Shown piece after piece: positions 57,368 to 64,000 of a DNA stretch of 64,000 nt. Each line of letters starts with the position of its first letter. Within the stretch, counting starts at the first letter, position 1. Source of the stretch: Spirochaetia bacterium (GTDB lineage: Bacteria; Spirochaetota; Spirochaetia; UBA9216); the NCBI GenBank assembly GCA_965140585.1, contig OZ223267.1, forward strand, positions 192,001 through 256,000, given 5' to 3'. Position numbers and translations under genes: made by a program. The notes under the pieces are model-generated. The model saw only the letters and a program-made list of their open reading frames with translations, was not told where the DNA came from and searched no databases.

Positions 57368-58278
57368 TTTGATGCTCCCTCTGCCTTCATTTCATTTTTT
57401 CTGGTGAGAAAAAGAATAACCAGCGTCATTATCATCATTGTCAGGCTGACCATTGCGCCGAAAGGCCAGTCACGGCTTGTGCCGAACTGCTGCTGTATCA
57501 GGTTTCCGACCAGCATGTATTTTGCGCCGCTGAGCATATCTGGAACAACAAACATTCCCATTGCCGGGATTAGAGTAAGGGTTATTCCGACAGAAAGGCC
57601 CGGCATAGTCTGCGGCAGTATCCCGTGGCGGAATATCCTCCAGGGCCCGCCGTAAAGATCAGAAATCGCCTCAATAAGGCTCCAGTCCATTTTTTCCACT
57701 GATGCGTAGAGCGGCAGTGTTACAAAAGGAAGAAAAGTTGAAATCATTCCCAGGTATACGGCAAAGGCGCTGGGATAGAGCGCAGCTCCCTCCTTGATGA
57801 ACCCGAGTGCCGCAGCAAGTCTTGAAAGAGGCATCTGCGGCGCGAGAACCAGAAGCCATGCGTAGGTCCGTATTACCAGGTTTGTCCAGAAAGGCACAAG
57901 AAGAAGCGCCAGCCACATTCCCCGTTTCTTCTTCGGCTGAGTGGCAATGAAGATAGCAAGGGGGTAGGACATAACTGTGCACAGAAACGTGGTTACAACA
58001 GCTACCACAATGCTCCGCCAGATAATAAGGAGATTGTCAGCGGACCAGCCGAAAAAACTGAATCCGATCAGCCGTTTAACATTGGCAAAAGAAAATGTCC
58101 AGTCAACATCACCGTAAGTTCCGCGCTGGGCAAAACTCATAACGGCAAGCGACAGAATCGGTATTGTCAGAAAGATAACCACCCATACAAGGCCGGGGAT
58201 AAGAAAAAGGCTTCCCCTTGTAAGCATTTTTTTTCTGCTGTTCAGCTCTCCGTTGAAAACAATATGATCTTCATTCAT
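57364..58278 (-). CDS. potB: polyamine ABC permease
   Basis: PFWTNLVIRTYAW, EAISDLYG, DWPFGA. Confidence 0.92.
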   Translation of the reverse strand: MNEDHIVFNGELNSRKKMLTRGSLFLIPGLVWVVIFLTIPILSLAVMSFAQRGTYGDVDWTFSFANVKRLIGFSFFGWSADNLLIIWRSIVVAVVTTFLCTVMSYPLAIFIATQPKKKRGMWLALLLVPFWTNLVIRTYAWLLVLAPQMPLSRLAAALGFIKEGAALYPSAFAVYLGMISTFLPFVTLPLYASVEKMDWSLIEAISDLYGGPWRIFRHGILPQTMPGLSVGITLTLIPAMGMFVVPDMLSGAKYMLVGNLIQQQFGTSRDWPFGAMVSLTMMIMTLVILFLTRKNEMKAEGASK

Positions 58279-59290
58279 AGAGTACCGCCAGAGATTCTTC
58301 TGGGAGCAGCAGATTAAGTCTGTCGCCCTTGTGGACTGACATATTTACCGAACTTTTTACCTGCAGTCCGTTATCCATGAGAAGCAGCTGTTCGGTTCCC
58401 CTGTATATGGCTGTTTCAACCTGAGCGCTTATTATATTGTCTCCTTTTCCGGGAACTATCTCTATATCTTCAGGCCTGATGCCTAATTTGCAGTCAATAA
58501 CAGGCATTTTCTGCCTTACTTTAAAATTTCCAAGAACTGTTTTTCCTGCATATTCGCCTTCGGGGGATGCATCAATAAAATTTTCCATTCCCAGAAAGTC
58601 AGCTACAAAGTGTGAACGCGGGGTAGAGTAGACTTCTCTTACATCACCCATCTGTGCAACAAGACCGTTTTTCATAACCGCCATCCGGTCTGAAACCGTC
58701 AAAGCTTCAGCCTGGTCATGGGTTACCATCAGAAAGGTCTTTCCCAGACGCTGCTGCAGCTGTCTCAGTTCAACCTGTACCTGGGTTCTGAGCTTCGCAT
58801 CAAGTGCCGACATAGGTTCATCAAGCAGAAGGAGTTCCGGTTCATTTACCAGGGCGCGCGCCAGAGCAACCCGCTGCTGCTGTCCTCCGGAAAGCTGTTT
58901 CGGCATGCGGTCTCCGTAGCCGTTTAACTGTACCATGTCGAGTATCTTTTTAGCCTTTTCGAGGGCTTCAGTTTTTGATATCTTTCTGGAAATAAGACCG
59001 AAACAGACATTGTCTATAACACTCATATGGGGAAAAAGGGCGTAGCTCTGGAATACCGTATTTACATGTCTTTTTTTTGCAGGGATCCCGGTAACAGGGC
59101 GGTCGTTCAGAATTATCACACCGTGATCAGGAAGTTCCAGCCCCGCTATGATCCTCAGTAAAGTTGTCTTTCCGCAGCCGGAGGGGCCGAGCAGGGTAAA
59201 GAATTCCCCGGCTTTTACTTCAATATCAACCCCTTTCAGGGCTTCTACATCCCCGAATCTTTTCTGTATTGCAAATGCTTTAAGACTCAT
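58271..59290 (-). CDS. potA: polyamine ABC ATPase
   Basis: GPSGCGKT, FQSYALFPH, LSGGQQQR, TOBE-like C-terminus. Confidence 0.93.
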   Translation of the reverse strand: MSLKAFAIQKRFGDVEALKGVDIEVKAGEFFTLLGPSGCGKTTLLRIIAGLELPDHGVIILNDRPVTGIPAKKRHVNTVFQSYALFPHMSVIDNVCFGLISRKISKTEALEKAKKILDMVQLNGYGDRMPKQLSGGQQQRVALARALVNEPELLLLDEPMSALDAKLRTQVQVELRQLQQRLGKTFLMVTHDQAEALTVSDRMAVMKNGLVAQMGDVREVYSTPRSHFVADFLGMENFIDASPEGEYAGKTVLGNFKVRQKMPVIDCKLGIRPEDIEIVPGKGDNIISAQVETAIYRGTEQLLLMDNGLQVKSSVNMSVHKGDRLNLLLPEESLAVLYE

Positions 59291-59325
59291 TAAGCACACC
59301 TTGGGTTATTTGTTGAAATAACAAC

Positions 59326-59342
59326 AGCAGAAGTTGTGCCAA
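59326..59342 (-). promoter_or_regulatory. sigma54 -24/-12 promoter of pot-pat-agu operon
   Basis: minus strand TTGGCACAACTTCTGCT (GG-N10-GC). Confidence 0.8.
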
Positions 59343-59408
59343 GTTTCCGGGATTAAGGCTATGTGCGAAAAGACAATTAGTATAAATATTAATATATAAA
59401 GGAGTTAT

Positions 59409-59450
59409 TTTTTTATATAAACATACACGCATGAATGTATATATAAAAAA
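59409..59450. promoter_or_regulatory. inverted repeat, AcrR-like TetR operator candidate
   Basis: TTTTTTATATA-A-ACATACACGCATGAATGT-A-TATATAAAAAA. Confidence 0.6.
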
Positions 59451-59485
59451 TAAAAATACATTAATGTAAGAAGCTCTTTCCTGTC

Positions 59486-60112
59486 CTACAAATTGGTGGG
59501 ATTTTCGGGGATAAGTCTTATGAAAAGTTCATCGAGAAGGGATGATACAGTATCAACATCGGGAAACATGGATTCATCAATTCCCCAGCTGTCGAGGATC
59601 CCGTCAATAAAGGTGAACAGAATGATCGCGAAGGAGCGGCAATTTACATCGCTGCGAATTTCACCCTTTTTCTTCAAATCCTCCAGAGTCAGCTCATAGG
59701 CGCTTATCATTGCATTCTGCTTCTTTTTCTCGTTTTCTATGATCGGGTTCATCTCTTCAATGTATTCCATTCGCGAATACATAATCTGGATAAACTGATG
59801 GAACTGCCGGTCATTTACAAATGTGTCGAAAAAACGGCAGAGATCCTGCTTGAACTCTGGCAGACTGGAATAGGTATATGTTGCATAGTCCTCAGGCCGT
59901 ACTTTGAACCGTTCGGTCAGGCTTTCATAAAGGGTGAAATACAGTTCAAACTTGTCTTTGAAGTGCCAGTATACCGCGCCTCTTGTAACACCGGCTTCCT
60001 GGGCGACCTCCGCCAGACTCGTTCTGGTAACACCCCGCCTGTAGAATACTTCAAGTGCGGCATCGAGTATTGACTGCCTGGTTTTTTCAGCCTCTTCTTT
60101 GGTCCTGCGCAT
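59486..60112 (-). CDS. TetR-family regulator (AcrR/TtgR-like HTH)
   Basis: MRRTKEEAEKTRQSILDAA...AGVTRGAVYWHFKDK. Confidence 0.93.
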   Translation of the reverse strand: MRRTKEEAEKTRQSILDAALEVFYRRGVTRTSLAEVAQEAGVTRGAVYWHFKDKFELYFTLYESLTERFKVRPEDYATYTYSSLPEFKQDLCRFFDTFVNDRQFHQFIQIMYSRMEYIEEMNPIIENEKKKQNAMISAYELTLEDLKKKGEIRSDVNCRSFAIILFTFIDGILDSWGIDESMFPDVDTVSSLLDELFIRLIPENPTNL

Positions 60113-60237
60113 AAAGCAGATATATCCTAATTATCAAGCTTATACAATAGGCAGACTGATCGTTCACATTAATCCGCCAAATTGTTAGAATAGAATGGAT
60201 TTTATAAAAGATTGTACAGCCGGGAGATAATACGGAC

Positions 60238-61077
60238 ATGGAATATAAAATAATCAGACTTTTACACGGTTCCGATGCGGAACTTCACGCATATATACCC
60301 AATCCTGATGAAGCCAGAATGCATGAGAGGCTTCGGCCTGCAATGATAGTCTGCCCCGGCGGTGGGTACAGATTGATTGCCGGTACTGAGGGAGAGCCGG
60401 TCGCCCTTGCATGGGCCAGGGCCGGGTATTGTTCATTTGTACTGAAATATTCTACAGGTATGGAAAATCCGTTTCCACGGGCCCTTACTGAACTTGCCGC
60501 AGCGATGAAACTGATACGGCAGAATGCAGGGGCTTGGATGATAGACAGCGAAAATCTGAGTGTCAACGGTTTCAGTGCAGGCGGCCATCTTGCTCTTAGT
60601 CTCGGAGCTTTCTACAAGGAATCATTCCTCTGGCAGGAGCTGGAAACTGCGCCTGAAATACTGAGACCAAGGAACCTCGTTTTAAGCTATCCGTCAGTTA
60701 CTGTCAGAGCAAGAGCTGATATTGCCGCCCAGCTTCCCCGGCCCAGGATGTCCGAGATTCTCTGCGGCATGCCCGATCCTCCTTCTTCTGAGATTGAGAA
60801 AATGAACATTCTAAATTACATTTCCCCGTCATTTCCTCCCTGTTTTATATGGGGAACCCAGAAGGACAATATTCTGGCTTCTGCCGATTATCTGAAGCTT
60901 GCAGCTGCTGTAGATGAGTCCGGAGTAGACTGTGAGTTTCATATGTTTCAAAACGGCGGTCATGCGATGTCGCTGGGAGATGAGACAGTAAAGGCTCCTG
61001 AAGAAGTTGAAAATCTAAGCCTGAAAGCCTGGTTCGCTCTTGCTCTGCAATGGCTTGCGCAGCAGCGGATGAACTGA
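60238..61077 (+). CDS. alpha/beta hydrolase (acetyl-esterase-like)
   Basis: CPGGGY oxyanion, GFSAGG nucleophile, D and H (GGHAM). Confidence 0.9.
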   Translation: MEYKIIRLLHGSDAELHAYIPNPDEARMHERLRPAMIVCPGGGYRLIAGTEGEPVALAWARAGYCSFVLKYSTGMENPFPRALTELAAAMKLIRQNAGAWMIDSENLSVNGFSAGGHLALSLGAFYKESFLWQELETAPEILRPRNLVLSYPSVTVRARADIAAQLPRPRMSEILCGMPDPPSSEIEKMNILNYISPSFPPCFIWGTQKDNILASADYLKLAAAVDESGVDCEFHMFQNGGHAMSLGDETVKAPEEVENLSLKAWFALALQWLAQQRMN

Positions 61078-61101
61078 AAAAAACGGAATTTTGTCTGTAT
61101 T

Positions 61102-61332
61102 TTATTCGGACTGAATTTTATTAAGAAAAACCTGATATGCCAGGATAGCTCCGGCAATTTCCGATTGCTTGAGCTCTCCCCGGCCGGCCCAGTCCTGACC
61201 CTCATAAATATAAAGGGCATTAAGCTCATTTTTTACAGTCTCCAGCGAGAAGTCCGGCCGTTCTGCAGAGGCTGTAAGTTTTGCCATGGTTTTTTCATAA
61301 TTCTCATCAAAAACAATTTCTTCAGTATTCAT
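61102..61332 (-). CDS. small hypothetical protein
   Basis: GGAG RBS, 76-aa ORF with LYIYEGQDWAGRGE. Confidence 0.6.
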   Translation of the reverse strand: MNTEEIVFDENYEKTMAKLTASAERPDFSLETVKNELNALYIYEGQDWAGRGELKQSEIAGAILAYQVFLNKIQSE

Positions 61333-61441
61333 AAAGCTGTACTCCGTTAATGAAATATAATAAACCTGACTGTAATCATCAAGGATTAACTGTGAATTGT
61401 CTTTCCTTGACTGAAGATGCTGAAAATCTTAATCTGAAACT

Positions 61442-62791
61442 ATGATAGAAACCGAAAGAGTCCAAAGGCTTAACGATAAATCTGAATCGGCAGGTCGGTT
61501 TATTCTCTACTGGATGCAGGCTGCCCAGAGAAGCAGGTACAACCAGGCCCTTGAGGCTGCTGTAATCAAAGCAAACAGAATAGGTCAGCCGCTGCTTGTT
61601 GTATTCTGTATTGATTCATCTTTTCCGGAAGCTAACGCAAGGCATTTTTATTTCATGCTGCAGGGGCTGTGCGATGTCTCAACGGCTCTAAGTGAGCGTG
61701 GAATCAGCTTCACTGTTATACAGGGAAGCGCTTCTGATATAATCCCGAAGATTGTAAAAGAGGCCTCATGGCTGATCACCGATGCAGGTTATACCAGGGT
61801 TCAGAAGATTTGGCGCAAGGCTGTTGCCGAGGCTGTGGATATTCCCTTTGTTCAGGTTGAAACCGAAGTGGTGGTTCCTGTTGAAACTGCAATGCAGAAG
61901 GAAAGCTGGACTGCTGCAACACTCAGGCCGCGGATAATGAAGCAGCAGGGGTATTTTCTTAATCCGATGATTGAAAATGAACTTAAGAACAGGACTTCTG
62001 TTGAATTTGGTTTTGAATCATTTGATGTTTCAGATCCTGCAGCTGCGCTAAAAAAACTGGAACTTGATTTCAGTACAGGTCCGGTAGAAGGGATATCCGG
62101 AGGGCAGATTGAAGCCGATCGGGTTCTTGAGTTTTTTATCGGCAGAAGACTTGACCGGTACGATGAGTATCAGCGTGATCCTGTTTTAGGCGGAGCCTCG
62201 GGATTGAGCCCCTACCTTCATTTCGGACAGATTTCCCCTCTTGATATAGCATTAAGGGTAATAGATGCTGACAGTCCGGGATCCGACAAGTATATTGAGC
62301 AGCTGATTGTGCGGCGTGAGCTCAGCATGAATTTCTGTCATTTTAATCCGGAGTATGATCAATTCAGAGCTCTGCCTGCATGGGCATTGAAAACCCTTGG
62401 TGAGCATTCCGGTGATGAGCGTCCCTATCTGTATACTTTCGGACAGCTGGAGGCTGCAGAAACCCATGATCGTTACTGGAATGCGGCTCAGATGGAGATG
62501 GTAAAAACCGGATTTATGCATAACTACATGCGTATGTACTGGGGCAAGAAGATCCTGGAATGGATGAATTCTCCGGAAGATGCCTTCAATACAGCTGTCT
62601 GCCTGAATAATAAATATCAGCTTGACGGTCGCGACCCCAACGGCTTTGCCGGTGTTGCCTGGTGTTTCGGAAAGCATGACCAGGGCTGGAAGGAACGTCC
62701 TGTATTCGGAAAGATCAGGTATATGAATGCCGCCGGCCTGAAAAGAAAGTTTGATATTGATCTTTACGTGAACAGGGTAGAGAATATCTGA
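61442..62791 (+). CDS. phrB: class II CPD photolyase
   Basis: LYWM..QR, SGLSPYLHFGQIS, RRELSMNF, MHNYMRMYWGKKILEW, DGRDPNG. Confidence 0.95.
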   Translation: MIETERVQRLNDKSESAGRFILYWMQAAQRSRYNQALEAAVIKANRIGQPLLVVFCIDSSFPEANARHFYFMLQGLCDVSTALSERGISFTVIQGSASDIIPKIVKEASWLITDAGYTRVQKIWRKAVAEAVDIPFVQVETEVVVPVETAMQKESWTAATLRPRIMKQQGYFLNPMIENELKNRTSVEFGFESFDVSDPAAALKKLELDFSTGPVEGISGGQIEADRVLEFFIGRRLDRYDEYQRDPVLGGASGLSPYLHFGQISPLDIALRVIDADSPGSDKYIEQLIVRRELSMNFCHFNPEYDQFRALPAWALKTLGEHSGDERPYLYTFGQLEAAETHDRYWNAAQMEMVKTGFMHNYMRMYWGKKILEWMNSPEDAFNTAVCLNNKYQLDGRDPNGFAGVAWCFGKHDQGWKERPVFGKIRYMNAAGLKRKFDIDLYVNRVENI

Positions 62792-62802
62792 AAGAAAAGC
62801 TA

Positions 62803-62831
62803 TTGAAATAGAAAGGTAAGCATATTACAAT
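62803..62831 (+). promoter_or_regulatory. sigma70-type promoter of cheW
   Basis: TTGAAA-17-TACAAT. Confidence 0.6.
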
Positions 62832-62860
62832 ATTATCTATAGATAACATCCGGAGGGCGC

Positions 62861-63337
62861 ATGGCAGAAAATGATCTGATACAGTTGGTCACGTTCCAGT
62901 TGGGCGATGAATTGTATGGAATTGATATAATGAATGTCAAGGAAATACAGAAAGTTAAAGAAATAAGGGCAATCCCTAATGCGCCCATGTATGTTGAGGG
63001 TATTTTCAATCTGCGCGGAGTAATAATTCCGGTAATAAATCTTCATAAAAGATTTCATATTAAAAAGGCCGAACTTAGCGAAGAAGACAAGATGCTCAGC
63101 GGATTTCTTATCATAAGCATAAACGGGCGTATGCTCGGTGTTTATATTGATAAGGTTTCAAGGGTTATGACAATAGAAAAAAGTGACATCCAGCCGCCAC
63201 CGCAGATGATAGCCGGAATAGGTACAGAATACATACAGGGTGTAGTCAAAGAAGAAGACGGTTACCTGATCATTCTGGATATCAACCGGCTATTTGATCC
63301 TAAAGAGCTGCAGCAGCTTGGAAAGCTTAATAACTGA
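62861..63337 (+). CDS. cheW: chemotaxis coupling protein CheW
   Basis: QLVTFQL, YGIDIMNVKEI, GIFNLRGVIIPVI. Confidence 0.96.
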   Translation: MAENDLIQLVTFQLGDELYGIDIMNVKEIQKVKEIRAIPNAPMYVEGIFNLRGVIIPVINLHKRFHIKKAELSEEDKMLSGFLIISINGRMLGVYIDKVSRVMTIEKSDIQPPPQMIAGIGTEYIQGVVKEEDGYLIILDINRLFDPKELQQLGKLNN

Positions 63338-63354
63338 CAGGGATAAAATACTGA

Positions 63355-64000
63355 ATGAATATATCTGTATATAAACCGTCCATCAGAAGAAAAGAAATGG
63401 ACGCTGTTCTCACATGCATGGTCTCCGACCGTATAGGTTTCGGGGAAGCTGCTTCACAGCTTGTAAAGGATCTTTCGGCCTACCTTGGCTGTAAGGGCGG
63501 TTTTGCATACAAAGAGTATTACAGGGCAATTGCCACAGCTCTTGACGCCCTTGGTCTTGAACCTGGAAGCGGGATAATTGTGTCTGCTCTTGCACCTGAA
63601 TTATATGAAATGGTTATCCGGGACTGCGGATTTACCCCGGTAATCCTCGATGTAGATCCTGATACCGGCTGCCTGAGTGCTGAGCTTGCAGAGCAGAATG
63701 CCGAAACAGCCGCCGCAATCATTATGCATTACACAATGGGCTTCGTTCCCGATGCTGAAAGAATATTCGGTATCGGGCTTCCCGTAATTGAAGATATTTC
63801 AATGGCTCTCGGTGCCGAAATAGGCGAGGCCAAAGCAGGTTCCCTCGGCCGCTTTACCATTATGAACATGGATGAAGACGGTATGATTACATCAGGCGGG
63901 GGTGCTGTTGTCCTTTCCGGTTCAAACAAAGACAGGGCAGCGCTGAAGGCTGCTGCGGAAAAGCTTCATCCTTCAATGTTTCTTCCCGATATGAACGCAT
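63355..64000 (+). CDS. DegT/DnrJ/EryC1/StrS-family protein, degenerate (3'-partial)
   Basis: Own translation MNISVYKPSIRRKEMDAVL...VIEDISMALGA...GSLGRFTIMNMDEDGMITSGGGAVV; not in ORF track because it runs off the window. Confidence 0.8.
   Translation, partial: MNISVYKPSIRRKEMDAVLTCMVSDRIGFGEAASQLVKDLSAYLGCKGGFAYKEYYRAIATALDALGLEPGSGIIVSALAPELYEMVIRDCGFTPVILDVDPDTGCLSAELAEQNAETAAAIIMHYTMGFVPDAERIFGIGLPVIEDISMALGAEIGEAKAGSLGRFTIMNMDEDGMITSGGGAVVLSGSNKDRAALKAAAEKLHPSMFLPDMNA

Noticed and set aside
14144-64000. IS elements, integrases or prophage genes
   Set aside because: No transposase, integrase or phage protein motifs recognised

Overview
Genome segment from a free-living spirochaete (inferred Spirochaetaceae-like, from 16S signatures and the cheW-DegT-like synteny). 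1-14.1 kb: two near-identical tandem rRNA operons (16S-tRNA-Ala-23S-5S, offset 8776 bp), each ending in an 84-nt structured trailer framed like a second 5S. A decayed LacI/sugar-ABC pseudogene block separates them. 14.3-24.1 kb: IclR-controlled peptide-ABC operon with three hydrolases (M20A, S66, M20D). 24.1-34.9 kb: sigma54-controlled lysine fermentation locus using the rare Kat transaminase variant (kat, activator, kamD-kamE-kce-kdd-[extra M20]-kamA-kamB; no kal, no kamC), with readable -24/-12 promoters and a shared palindromic enhancer. 34.9-38.0 kb: decaying AraC/GLUG-lipoprotein island. The rest holds a compact Mrp-type antiporter operon headed by PII-like and EIIA genes, a PLD-lipoprotein module, an FHA-GGDEF cyclase, an agmatine/putrescine uptake and catabolism operon (sigma54 promoter plus AcrR-like operator), a class II photolyase, cheW and a DegT-like protein lacking the PLP lysine. 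Best candidate novel system: scavenging and unblocking of bound or acylated lysine (e.g. N6-acetyl-beta-lysine, lysyl peptides) feeding Kat-type lysine fermentation. All calls come from reading the sequence by eye; no searches were run.
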